This document shows positions 25,371 to 34,669 of a DNA stretch of 64,000 nucleotides, piece after piece (position 1 is the stretch's first letter; each line of letters begins with the position of its first letter). The notes below the pieces were generated by a model. That model did no database searches. It was not told the origin of the DNA and worked only from the letters and a program-made list of their open reading frames with translations. This stretch comes from a virus (taxonomy: Duplodnaviria > Heunggongvirae > Uroviricota > Caudoviricetes): positions 36,425 through 100,424 of IMG/VR virus record IMGVR_UViG_3300046474_000274. One strand, written 5' to 3'. The position numbers and the translations under genes are program-made.

Positions 25371-26800
25371 GCAACATCACCGGCAAGACGCTTGTTTCCT
25401 GGGGTCTGCAGCCTGGCGCCTGGTTTAAGGAGGCTCTGCCGATCGCCCGCGAAATGCGCGCCACTGGCAAGAGCGACAAGGAGATCATCCAGGCCCTGTT
25501 CCCGATGCAGGCAGCCAAGGCGATCGATGAAGGCGTGCCGCTGCGCACTAACAACATTCCATTCGGCCAGTTCATCGAGCCGGAAGGTGACGACGAGAAG
25601 GCGAATGTCGCCTCGGTTCTCGCTCATATGGACGCGCTGATGCGTGTTCCGACGATCGAGAAGGGTGCAGTCATGCCGGATGCGTGCCCTTCCGGCTCGG
25701 CGCTCGGCACCATCCCTGTCGGTGGTGTGGTCGCGACCAAGAACGCGATCCATCCGGGCTTCCACTCCGCGGACATCTGCTGCTCGATGGCGATCTCCGT
25801 CTTCAAGCGCGACACGCCTGTAGATTACGTCCTCGACATTGCGATGAAGGCGTCTCACTTCGGCGTCGGCAAGCGCACGGCATCGGAAGCGCGCCAGTAT
25901 AAGGATCTGGTGCAGTTGGTGGGCGGCTTCGATGCGAACCCCTTCCTGAAGGGCCTCGAGGATTACGCCATTCACCACTTCATGACGCAGGGCGACGGCA
26001 ATCACTTCTTCTATGTCGGGCAGCTCGAAAGCACCGGGCAGATGGCGATCGTCACGCACCACGGCTCGCGCGGTCTGGGCGGCCAGCTCTACAAGCGCGG
26101 CAAGGCAGCAGCCGAGCGTCACACGCGCATCGTCGCAGGGCGGATCCCGCTGCACAACGCATGGATCGAGGCAGATAGCCAGGTCGGCCAGGATTACTGG
26201 CAGGCGCTGCAGGCAATCCGCCTGTGGACGAAGATGAACCACTTCGCGATCCACAACATCGTCGCCAAGCGCCTCGGCAATCAGATCATCGGGCAGTTCT
26301 GGAACGAACACAACTTCGTCTTCCAGCGCTCCGACGGGCTGTTCTATCACGCCAAGGGCGCAACGCCGTCGTTCAAGGGCTTTGCGAAGGACGACCAGGG
26401 TCTGACGCTGATCCCGATGAACATGGCGCAGCCGATCCTGATCGCCGAGCACGCCGAGAATGAAGATGCCCTTGGCTTTGCACCGCACGGCGCCGGCCGC
26501 AATCTCTCCCGCACCGGGCACATCAAGCGGCTGATGGCAGAGTTCGGCGACACGCGCGGTCTGGGGCCGAATGCGATCAAGGCGATCATGGAGCGCGAGA
26601 CCAAGGGCCTCGATGTCCGCTTTTACACCGGCGACCCTGACGTTTCCGAGCTGCCGAGCGCCTACAAGAACGCGGACCAGGTCCAGGCTCAGATCGAGAA
26701 GTTCGGTCTCGCCAAGATCGCCGATCGCATTCTGCCGCGTGGCTCGATCATGGCCGGCGAAATGAAGTGGCACAAGCCCAAGAAGCCGAAGGCCGAATAA
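25367..26800 (+). CDS. rtcB: RtcB RNA 3'-phosphate/2',3'-cyclic-phosphate ligase
   Basis: ORF track; RtcB motifs GDGNHFFYVG, HHGSRGLG, NHNFV and APHGAGR; GGAG RBS. Confidence 0.9.
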   Translation: MSNITGKTLVSWGLQPGAWFKEALPIAREMRATGKSDKEIIQALFPMQAAKAIDEGVPLRTNNIPFGQFIEPEGDDEKANVASVLAHMDALMRVPTIEKGAVMPDACPSGSALGTIPVGGVVATKNAIHPGFHSADICCSMAISVFKRDTPVDYVLDIAMKASHFGVGKRTASEARQYKDLVQLVGGFDANPFLKGLEDYAIHHFMTQGDGNHFFYVGQLESTGQMAIVTHHGSRGLGGQLYKRGKAAAERHTRIVAGRIPLHNAWIEADSQVGQDYWQALQAIRLWTKMNHFAIHNIVAKRLGNQIIGQFWNEHNFVFQRSDGLFYHAKGATPSFKGFAKDDQGLTLIPMNMAQPILIAEHAENEDALGFAPHGAGRNLSRTGHIKRLMAEFGDTRGLGPNAIKAIMERETKGLDVRFYTGDPDVSELPSAYKNADQVQAQIEKFGLAKIADRILPRGSIMAGEMKWHKPKKPKAE

Positions 26801-26867
26801 CCCCTCCCGCATCCCAAAAACAACTGCGCGATACTCAATCTATCGACGCAACTGAAAGGACATGCAG

Positions 26868-28478
26868 ATGACTGCTGTTTCCGGCGTGAGTGCTCACGCC
26901 CATGACTATGACGACTTCCTGCCGTTCGCAGAAGCCGTGCGCAAGCGTTACACGGCATCGGTCGCCGGTGGTGCTCCGCTCTTCACGACCGACGCCGGCG
27001 ACCTCTGGGAGCGCTATCTCGAGGGCTTTGACGACCCGGATGAGCGCCAGCAGCACAACTGCAATTGCTGCAAGAACTTCATTCGCCATTACGGCGGCCT
27101 CGTCACCATCGACGACAAGGGTATTCAGCACTCAGCGCTCTGGGATGAGGCGCTTGTTCCGGTGTCCTTCGAGAAGGCCGCCCTTGGTCTTCGGAAGGCG
27201 GCTGTAAGGGCAACCGTCAATGGCGTCTTTCTGTCGTCCGAAACGACCTGGGGTAATGCCAAGACCGGGCTCTGGAATCACTTCTCGCTGACCCAGAGCA
27301 GCGAACGTGTCCACCGCGACCGCGTGAACACCGCGTTCCAGGTGATGGCGCAGAAGAAGCAGGACTTCGGCACGCTGAAGCATGGCCTCGCCGACTACTC
27401 CCGCGACGTTGTCGCCTCTGCAGTCAACCTGCTGGAGTCTGAAACGCTGTTTCGCTCCGAGAAGGTGATTGCGCCGGCGAAGTTCCTGCTCGCGATCCAC
27501 GACGCCTACCAGGGCAAGTTCAAGCATCGCCATGACAACCTGATCTGGAAGGCAGTCGCAACGGCCCCGGTCGGCTTCTGCACGCCGCGTTCGTCCATGA
27601 TCGGCACGCTCCTCGATGACCTGAAGGAAGGCATGAGCGTGGAGCTGGTCAAGAGCCGCTTCAAGACGAAGATGGATCCGCTGCAGTATCAGCGGCCGCA
27701 GTCAGCGCCGTCGGCAGGCAATATCGCCGTCGCCGAGAAGCTGGTCGAAAAGCTGGGCATTCAGAACTCCCTCAAGCGTCGTTTCGCCCGCCTCGACGAG
27801 GTCGAGACCATCTGGAAGCCTGCGGCACCTGCTAGTGCGCCGGCAGCGGGCGGTGTCTTCGGTCATCTGACGCCGAAGGGCGCAGCGTTCTCGATGCAGG
27901 CCGCACCCGTCGCACCGGTTAAGAACATCACCTGGGAGAAGTTCTTCCGGACGGTTGTTCCGAAGGCTCTGTCGATGGAAATGCAGATGCGTTCGGTGAG
28001 TGCCGCCTTCGTGGCGCTGGTAACGGCCGAGGATCCCGATGCCCCGCCGATCCTGCAGTGGGATAAGGAAGACAAGCGCAATCCGTTCTCCTGGTATCTC
28101 TACAGCGGTGGCTCGATGCCCGGTAATTGGAACCTGCCGTCGTCAGGCTGGATCAAGGTCAACGGCATCAGTCTGAAGCCGTCTGCCTGGCACCGCGATC
28201 CGGACGCTGAAGACAATCAGGGCAAGGGCGCTCTCTTCATCCTCGACGGCTGCCGTGACCTGCGCACGCCCGGCCTGTGCCTCTTCCCGGAGATCCTCAA
28301 GTCGAGCCTTCACGAGGTTCGCAAGACGATCGAGGCGTTCTCCCATCGCGGAACTTTGTCCGGTCAGAACGAGGCGTCCGCTTGCGGCGTCCTTTGTGGC
28401 CAGGTGGGTCTGAACTATGGCGTTCGCGTGACGACTGACCTCGGTCGCGCCGACTACCTCGTCGATCGTTGGGATTGA
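26868..28478 (+). CDS. hypothetical 537-aa protein, no recognised motifs
   Basis: ORF track 26862..28478; second ATG has better RBS spacing. Confidence 0.7.
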   Translation: MTAVSGVSAHAHDYDDFLPFAEAVRKRYTASVAGGAPLFTTDAGDLWERYLEGFDDPDERQQHNCNCCKNFIRHYGGLVTIDDKGIQHSALWDEALVPVSFEKAALGLRKAAVRATVNGVFLSSETTWGNAKTGLWNHFSLTQSSERVHRDRVNTAFQVMAQKKQDFGTLKHGLADYSRDVVASAVNLLESETLFRSEKVIAPAKFLLAIHDAYQGKFKHRHDNLIWKAVATAPVGFCTPRSSMIGTLLDDLKEGMSVELVKSRFKTKMDPLQYQRPQSAPSAGNIAVAEKLVEKLGIQNSLKRRFARLDEVETIWKPAAPASAPAAGGVFGHLTPKGAAFSMQAAPVAPVKNITWEKFFRTVVPKALSMEMQMRSVSAAFVALVTAEDPDAPPILQWDKEDKRNPFSWYLYSGGSMPGNWNLPSSGWIKVNGISLKPSAWHRDPDAEDNQGKGALFILDGCRDLRTPGLCLFPEILKSSLHEVRKTIEAFSHRGTLSGQNEASACGVLCGQVGLNYGVRVTTDLGRADYLVDRWD

Positions 28479-28483
28479 TCCCC

Positions 28484-28556
28484 TACATGGGAGCGCTCAT
28501 CACCTGGGCGCTCCCAATCTCGTTTGCGCTATAAGATAAGTAAGCAATTACTTTAG
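28484..28556 (+). promoter_or_regulatory. hairpin GGGAGCGC-tcatcacctg-GGCGCTCCC followed by GCGCTATAAGATAAGTAAGCAATTACTTTAG
   Basis: Family member. Confidence 0.65.
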
Positions 28557-28566
28557 CGAGGACGAA

Positions 28567-28755
28567 ATGAGCGAAACGCAGCGCATCGTAGGTCACGTCA
28601 CCAACGCCCGCTTTCTCACCATCGGCTCCGACAAGCAGGTGCTCGCCGGCACGCTGGACGGCAAGACCTTCTATTCCGAGCCGATCATCGAGCTCGACGG
28701 CAACATTATCCGGACTGCCAACGGCAGCTTCCGCTACAGCAGGAGCATTCACTGA
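28567..28755 (+). CDS. hypothetical protein
   Basis: ORF track; promoter cassette upstream. Confidence 0.5.
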   Translation: MSETQRIVGHVTNARFLTIGSDKQVLAGTLDGKTFYSEPIIELDGNIIRTANGSFRYSRSIH

Positions 28756-29792
28756 TGCGGGATTTCCACTACGGCATCTACATCGGCCGCTTTCAGCCGC
28801 TGCACATCGGTCATGAGCAGGTCATTCGCCAGGCGCTTGAGCGCTGCGAGACCCTGATCGTCATCGTCGGCTCGAGCCACATGGCGCGCAACCCGGTCAA
28901 TCCGTTCATCTTCGAGGAGCGCGAGGCGATGCTGCGCGCTGCCTTTCATCACGAGATGGCATCGGGCCGCATGATCGTCCTGCCCCTCTACGACTACGAG
29001 CATGACTACGACTGGTCGACCAACCTCAAGAAGGGCGTCACCGAAGCCATTCTCGATCACGCCAATAAGGGCGGCATCCGCCTGCACGGCACTCGCGACT
29101 TCAAGATCGCGCTCACCGGCTACGGCAAGGACTCCTCGTCCTACTATCTCGATATGTTCCCCGAGTGGGATAACATCCAGATCGATACGCAGCACGGCAC
29201 GATCAACGCGTCCGATATCCGCTACGATTATTTCCGTCGGCTCCCGCGCATGCCGCACGATGCCGTGTCGCCGAAGATCCTCACCTTTCTCAAGGAATTC
29301 TCGCTCACCGAGCCGTTCAAGGATCTCGTCGCCTACAAGGACGCGCTGTCCCGCGACAACATCGATTATGGTCAGGGTCCGTTTCTCGCGGCAGATGTGC
29401 TGATCACCTGGCGCGGCAAGATCCTGCTGATCACGCGCGGCAAGGATGTTGGCAAGGGCACGCTCGCCATGCCGGGCGGCTTCGTCGAGAAGGGTGAGCG
29501 CTTCCTGGACGCCGCGATCCGCGAGCTGAAGGAAGAAGCAAACATCGACGGCCAGGATATCGCCGACTACCTCGCCGGCCACACGCTGGCCGACAACCCG
29601 AAGCGCTCGCTGCGGGGCCGGATCGTGTCGATGGTCTTCCACTTTGACATTCCCGCCGAGGTCGAGGTCACGACGCCGAAGGGCGGCGACGATGCCTCGC
29701 ACGCCGATTGGTATGACTTCGAGAGCCTCGGCACCGAGCGCTTCTACGAAGATCACCACACCCTCATCACCAACATTCTTACTGGGGAGTAA
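28755..29792 (+). CDS. nadM: bifunctional NMN adenylyltransferase / Nudix hydrolase (NadM-like)
   Basis: ORF track; HxGH-type motif GRFQPLHIGH; C-terminal Nudix box GGFVEKGERFLDAAIRELKEEANI. Confidence 0.85.
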   Translation: MRDFHYGIYIGRFQPLHIGHEQVIRQALERCETLIVIVGSSHMARNPVNPFIFEEREAMLRAAFHHEMASGRMIVLPLYDYEHDYDWSTNLKKGVTEAILDHANKGGIRLHGTRDFKIALTGYGKDSSSYYLDMFPEWDNIQIDTQHGTINASDIRYDYFRRLPRMPHDAVSPKILTFLKEFSLTEPFKDLVAYKDALSRDNIDYGQGPFLAADVLITWRGKILLITRGKDVGKGTLAMPGGFVEKGERFLDAAIRELKEEANIDGQDIADYLAGHTLADNPKRSLRGRIVSMVFHFDIPAEVEVTTPKGGDDASHADWYDFESLGTERFYEDHHTLITNILTGE

Positions 29793-29794
29793 CC

Positions 29795-31246
29795 ATGAGG
29801 AACATCATCCTCTCGACCGACAGCTACAAGCACTCGCACTTCCTGCAGTATCCGCCCGGTGCGCAGTCCGTCTCCTCCTACATCGAGGCGCGCCGCGGCT
29901 CCGACAAGAAGCAGGTCTCGCTCTTCTTCGGCCTGCAGGCATTCCTGCTCGAATACCTGTCCGAATCCTTCACGCACGATGACGTGGAAGAAGCCGAGGA
30001 GCTCTGCAAGGTTCACGGCCTGCCGTTCAACCGCGAAGGCTGGGACTACATCCTCAAGGAACACCACGGCTACCTGCCGATCGAGATCCAGGCACTGCCG
30101 GAAGGCACGCTTGTTCCGCGCGGCACGCCGCTGATCCAGGTCAGGAACACCGACCCGAAGGTTCCGTGGCTGACGAGCTTCATCGAGACGGCGCTGCTGC
30201 GGGCCATCTGGTATCCGACTTCGGTCGCGACCCTGTCCTTCATCACCAAGGCGATCATCTACGACGCCCTGAAGCGCACGTCGGACAATCCGGACGCTCA
30301 GATCCCGTTCAAGCTGCACGACTTCGGCGCCCGCGGCGTCTCCTCCGGCGAGAGCGCCATGCTCGGCGGGATGGCGCACCTGGTCAACTTCAAGGGCACT
30401 GACACGCTCGAAGCCATCCAGGGCGCGATGCACTACTATCATGCTGCCTCGATGCCGGGCTTCTCCATCCCTGCATCCGAACATTCGACCATGACGAGCT
30501 GGGGCAAGGATCGCGAGTCCGCTGCCTACGCCAACATGATCGAGCGGTTCGGCGACGGGCTCTTCTCGATTGTCTCCGACAGCTACGACCTGTTCAACGC
30601 GGTCGAAAGCATCTTCGGCGACGAGCTGAAGGAGAAGATCCTCAACATCAAGGGCAAGCTGATCATCCGGCCGGACTCGGGCGACCCGATCTCGACGCCG
30701 ATCGCCGTCATCAGGAAGCTCTGGGAGATCTTCGGCGGGACCGTCAACTCGAAGGGCTACAAGGTGCTCAACGAGAAGATCGCCGTCATCCAGGGCGACG
30801 GCATGAACGGTTCCTCGATCGCCCATCTCGTGACCTCGCTGGTCGCTGAAGGCTTCTCCATCGACAATATCGCCTTCGGTATGGGCGGCGGACTGCTGCA
30901 GGGTCACATGCGCGACGACATGCGCTTCGCCATGAAGGCCAATGCGATCGACTTCGGCGATGGCTGGGTCGATGTCCAGAAGAAGCCCGCGACGGATCCC
31001 TTGAAGGCGTCGAAGGCAGGTCGCCAGGCTGTCATCAGTATCGACGGCGAGCTCGAAAGCGTCCGCGAGGATGCTCTGGAACAGCTCACCGGTGAAGTGA
31101 ACCTCCTCGAGGTCGTCTGGTCGAACGGTCAGATGGTGCGCGAGCACACCTGGGAAGAGGTCACGGAGCGCGCCCACAAGGAGCTCCAGAACTTCACCGA
31201 CACGGTGATGAAGCGCTCCGAGGAACAGGCGGAAGCGGCTGAATAA
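29795..31246 (+). CDS. nadV: nicotinamide phosphoribosyltransferase (NAMPT/NadV)
   Basis: ORF track; N-terminus ILSTDSYKHSH is typical of NAMPT; 483 aa. Confidence 0.9.
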   Translation: MRNIILSTDSYKHSHFLQYPPGAQSVSSYIEARRGSDKKQVSLFFGLQAFLLEYLSESFTHDDVEEAEELCKVHGLPFNREGWDYILKEHHGYLPIEIQALPEGTLVPRGTPLIQVRNTDPKVPWLTSFIETALLRAIWYPTSVATLSFITKAIIYDALKRTSDNPDAQIPFKLHDFGARGVSSGESAMLGGMAHLVNFKGTDTLEAIQGAMHYYHAASMPGFSIPASEHSTMTSWGKDRESAAYANMIERFGDGLFSIVSDSYDLFNAVESIFGDELKEKILNIKGKLIIRPDSGDPISTPIAVIRKLWEIFGGTVNSKGYKVLNEKIAVIQGDGMNGSSIAHLVTSLVAEGFSIDNIAFGMGGGLLQGHMRDDMRFAMKANAIDFGDGWVDVQKKPATDPLKASKAGRQAVISIDGELESVREDALEQLTGEVNLLEVVWSNGQMVREHTWEEVTERAHKELQNFTDTVMKRSEEQAEAAE

Positions 31247-31278
31247 GCCGCTCACTCCCTCCCGCGCTCCGTCGCGTT

Positions 31279-31305
31279 CAGCGATATAAGTAACTCATTA
31301 CTTAG
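31279..31305 (+). promoter_or_regulatory. promoter cassette copy (CAGCGATATAAGTAACTCATTACTTAG)
   Basis: Family member. Confidence 0.55.
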
Positions 31306-31321
31306 CTAGAGAGGAAAAATA

Positions 31322-31465
31322 ATGCGTCCCGAAGACATGAACATCATCAACAGCGACGGAAAGGCATTCAACGGCAACCGGGGCGCACTCATCGTCGCCG
31401 CCGTCATGTGCGCCGGGCTGCTGCTCGGCGCCGGCGTCAAGATCATCGCGGCGATTTTCTCATGA
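31322..31465 (+). CDS. micro membrane peptide (47 aa, one TM helix)
   Basis: GAGGAAAAATA RBS; ALIVAAVMCAGLLLGAGVKIIAAIF. Confidence 0.4.
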   Translation: MRPEDMNIINSDGKAFNGNRGALIVAAVMCAGLLLGAGVKIIAAIFS

Positions 31466-31584
31466 TCGAAGCCGTCATCATCGGTCGGCTCGTCATCGCC
31501 GCTGTCTTTTGCGCAGGAGCCTACTGGCTCCTGACCCACATCACCATCAAGCGTTCCGATAAGTCTAAAGGAGACAAGGAATAA
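31462..31584 (+). CDS. micro membrane peptide (40 aa, one TM helix)
   Basis: ATGA overlap with the previous peptide; IEAVIIGRLVIAAVFCAGAYWLL. Confidence 0.35.
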   Translation: MIEAVIIGRLVIAAVFCAGAYWLLTHITIKRSDKSKGDKE

Positions 31585-31586
31585 TC

Positions 31587-32435
31587 ATGAACCTTTTCAA
31601 GCTCATCCCGGCAGCGATTGTCGGTTTCATCGTCCTCGCTGCCGGCACTGGCTCTTTCTACCAGATCGACCAGGGCGAAGTCGGCGTCGTTCTGACCAAC
31701 GGGCGTGTGTCCTCGATCTCTGAAGCCGGTCTGCACTTCAAGACGCCGTTTGTCGATGAAGTCCGCTACATCTCCACGCAGACGCAGGCGCTGGAGTTCA
31801 AGGACGAATCCGCGTTCTCGACCGATCGTCAGGAAGTTCACGTTTCCTTCTCGATCAACTACACGCCGATCCCGTCTCAGGCCGGTGTTATCTACAGCCG
31901 CTACGGCTCGCTCGCCGTATTCGAACAGCGCGACCTGGTTCGCAAGGCACGTCAGGAGATGAAGGTCGTCGTTGGTCGCTACTCGATCGACGAGGCGATC
32001 AAGAACCGGGCAAAGCTGATTTCCGAGATCACCGGCTCCGTCACCAATCTTGGCGATGATATCGTGAAGATCGACAGCCTGCAGGTCGAAGATATCGTCT
32101 TCTCCAAGGTCGTTCTCGATGCTGCCGAAAAGCGCACCGTCGCCGAAATGCTCGTCAATACGAAGGAGCAGCAGCGCCTGGTCGCCGAGAAGGAAGCCTC
32201 GATCCAGGTGATCCAGGCTCAGGCACAGGCTGACAGTAACCTCAAGATTGCAACCGCTCAGGCTGACGCTGTGAAGCTGCAGGGCGAAGCCGAGGCTGCT
32301 GCGCTGCGTGCCAAGAACGACGCGATCAAGGAGTCTCCGAACTTGGTTGAGCTGACGAAGGCTCAGAAGTGGGATGGCAAGTTGCCGACCTCGTTCATTC
32401 CGGGCTCTGCAACGCCGTTCCTCAACATCAAGTAA
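31587..32435 (+). CDS. SPFH/band-7 (stomatin/prohibitin/HflK-like) membrane protein
   Basis: ORF track; N-terminal TM helix; SPFH core QIDQGEVGVVLTNGR...KTPFVDEV; C-terminal coiled coil. Confidence 0.85.
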   Translation: MNLFKLIPAAIVGFIVLAAGTGSFYQIDQGEVGVVLTNGRVSSISEAGLHFKTPFVDEVRYISTQTQALEFKDESAFSTDRQEVHVSFSINYTPIPSQAGVIYSRYGSLAVFEQRDLVRKARQEMKVVVGRYSIDEAIKNRAKLISEITGSVTNLGDDIVKIDSLQVEDIVFSKVVLDAAEKRTVAEMLVNTKEQQRLVAEKEASIQVIQAQAQADSNLKIATAQADAVKLQGEAEAAALRAKNDAIKESPNLVELTKAQKWDGKLPTSFIPGSATPFLNIK

Positions 32436-32458
32436 CCGCGGATCCCGCATGAACACGG

Positions 32459-32486
32459 AGAAGGCGCCCTAGTGGCGCCTTTTCTG
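32459..32486 (+). terminator. rho-independent terminator after the SPFH gene (GGCGCC-ctagt-GGCGCC then TTTTCTGG)
   Basis: Hairpin plus T-run. Confidence 0.75.
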
Positions 32487-32508
32487 GTTAGAGGCTATGG
32501 AGAGACAC

Positions 32509-33087
32509 ATGAGCACCAACTACAAGACCGCAGCCGCCCGGATCGAAGAAGCCCTCAAGGGCGCTGACGGCCTGGACAACTGGCATAAGTATGGCGAGGG
32601 CTATGGCTCGCTCCGCTCCGACATGGAAAAGCTGGCGAAGGATCTCGCCGGCAGCTACGACAACCCCGCCACCGTGGTCGTGCCGCTGGTCGAGGTCAAT
32701 GGTGGACTGCTGCTCGTGCGGCGCAAGCTCGCCGACGGCTATGGCAAGCTGGCGCTACCGGGCGGCTATCAGGCACTCGGCGAGACCTGGGAAGAAGCCG
32801 GCGCGCGTGAGGTGCTTGAGGAGACCGGCGTCGCGATCCGCCCGAGCGATCTGACGATCGTTGGTGTCGATACGGTCGAGGGTGGAAAGGTCAATCTGAT
32901 CTTCTGCCAGGCGATGTTCAAGGTCGCGGCTGACCTGAAGCCGCAGGAGGATGAGGTGATCGAGGTCGTCATCGCCGAGCGGGCGCCGGATCCCGCGGAA
33001 GTCGCCTTCCCGGCTCATTGGGCGCGTATCAACGCCTGGTTTATGATGGGTCGGGATCTGCTCTTCCCTACCGACAACCACGACTGA
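32509..33087 (+). CDS. Nudix hydrolase
   Basis: In frame with ORF 32497..33087; Nudix box GGYQALGETWEEAGAREVLEETG. Confidence 0.8.
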   Translation: MSTNYKTAAARIEEALKGADGLDNWHKYGEGYGSLRSDMEKLAKDLAGSYDNPATVVVPLVEVNGGLLLVRRKLADGYGKLALPGGYQALGETWEEAGAREVLEETGVAIRPSDLTIVGVDTVEGGKVNLIFCQAMFKVAADLKPQEDEVIEVVIAERAPDPAEVAFPAHWARINAWFMMGRDLLFPTDNHD

Positions 33088-33456
33088 GACTGCTACAGTC
33101 GACGAATCGAGAGCGAAAGCAGTATGCGCCGAGGCCAGCCGGCGCGCCGATGAAGATGGGCAACATCGGCATTGGCGAGTGCCTCGCTCTCGATGAAGGA
33201 GGTGAGAATGATGTGGTTGATACCCGTCAGGATCACGCTGCAGATACGAAAAACCCGGACGAGCTGGTCAGTGACCGTCCGGGTTAATCTTGTGTCCTAA
33301 GCAGTAAAGGTTGGCAGGGAGGTTCGCGCTTCCCTGTCAGCACTCCAAAAGATAGGCGTCGGCTCGCCGGCCGTCAATAGCCGCTGGTCACCTGCCGACT
33401 TCCATCAGCTAAATTGTCAAAATGTCTCTGTCAGCAATAAGACGGAGATCTAGGAA

Positions 33457-33762
33457 ATGTATTTTTATAGCGACACGGCGGCACGGGGCTCATCTGACAT
33501 CAATGTATGGAAGATGAACGGATCCATGCGCTACCTTGACCACTTCTCCAATTTCCTCTTCCTCAATTTTGTCGCCAAGAGCGGCTCAAGGGAGGAGCGG
33601 GCATCGGTCGAAAAGGAGATCGCTATTTGCGAGCGTAAGCTCGCCTTCTGGGAGAGGCATCCACGGTTTGACGCCGCCTTCGTTCAGCAGGAAAAGCAGA
33701 AGCTGATCCGCGCGTGGCGTCAGGAGTCCAAGGTCACCTCCGGAAAGACCTCGGCGCCATAA
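33457..33762 (+). CDS. hypothetical protein (low-GC island)
   Basis: ORF track; GGAG RBS; TTGTCA/ATAAGA-like own promoter upstream. Confidence 0.45.
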   Translation: MYFYSDTAARGSSDINVWKMNGSMRYLDHFSNFLFLNFVAKSGSREERASVEKEIAICERKLAFWERHPRFDAAFVQQEKQKLIRAWRQESKVTSGKTSAP

Positions 33763-33929
33763 AACAAGGCTTCTTTTCCTACTTCGGTTAGGTCGACCTC
33801 CTTCTGCTCGATGAATGCATCTCGCCGGAAGGGAAGCCCGTTAGTCCCGAGGTAGCCCTCGATCGCGGTCAAAATTGCTTGGCGGATCCCCTCCGCATGT
33901 TGGTAAAATTCCATATGCGTCATGCCCAT
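33720..33929 (-). CDS. small hypothetical protein, paralogue A (69 aa)
   Basis: ORF track; AGGAA RBS; homologous to the gene at 34947..35153. Confidence 0.5.
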   Translation of the reverse strand: MGMTHMEFYQHAEGIRQAILTAIEGYLGTNGLPFRRDAFIEQKEVDLTEVGKEALFYGAEVFPEVTLDS

Positions 33930-34244
33930 TGGTTCCTGTTACGTTCTATAGGAGTAAATTCCTATATGCTAGCCGATCATGTCAACCGGATTCTTTGCCG
34001 CGATGTCGTGATTGGTAAAAATTGCCTGCCGCAAGCCAAGCAGCGCTGAGATATATATAGACTTGTCATAAATCAAGAGATTTGCATGTAGCTAGCTAGC
34101 TATATAGCCATTGACTTGAGGTATAAATCAACTTTGAGTAAATATGCGCGGACCGACGGAATCATAAGAAAGTCAGACAGTTGGGCGCACATCCCGGTCA
34201 CCCATGCATACAATGCAGTCATTCTACTAGAAAGGGAAACATCA

Positions 34245-34649
34245 ATGAAGATCAATGACTTCACCCGTTCCGAACATCGTCGTCTTTCTGCCGCGATCGA
34301 GACTGCCCTGAAAAAGATCGGGGAAGATTTTGGGGTTGACTTGACGGCCGCAGGTGGCGTCTACGGGCAGACCAACCCGCACGTCAAGATCGCTGTCACG
34401 ATTCGGGACACCGGCGCCGGCGTCTCGGGTGCCAAGGCTAATTGGGATCGCTATGCGAAGCCCTACGGCATGGAGCCGGAGTGGTTCGGCCAGGCCATCA
34501 TCATCCAGAATACCGCCTACGAGATCTGCGGTTTCCTGCCGAACAAGCCGAAGTATGCGGTGCAGATCAAGCGCTGCCATGACGGAAAGATCTTCGGCAC
34601 GACCGTCTTGGCAGCGCAGCAGCAGTTGCGTATGAAGGCCGCGGCCTAA
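34245..34649 (+). CDS. hypothetical protein (low-GC island)
   Basis: In frame with ORF 34116..34649; AGGGAAA RBS. Confidence 0.5.
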   Translation: MKINDFTRSEHRRLSAAIETALKKIGEDFGVDLTAAGGVYGQTNPHVKIAVTIRDTGAGVSGAKANWDRYAKPYGMEPEWFGQAIIIQNTAYEICGFLPNKPKYAVQIKRCHDGKIFGTTVLAAQQQLRMKAAA

Positions 34650-34669
34650 CATCGCAGCAGGGGTAATTA

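Noticed and set aside
25322-26812. 496-aa minus-strand ORF over rtcB
   Set aside because: Antisense. rtcB carries all catalytic motifs on the + strand.
33018-33287. 89-aa +strand ORF and an antisense small hydrophobic ORF just after the Nudix gene
   Set aside because: No RBS. Low-complexity translation. The region lies in a compositional transition zone. Insufficient support.
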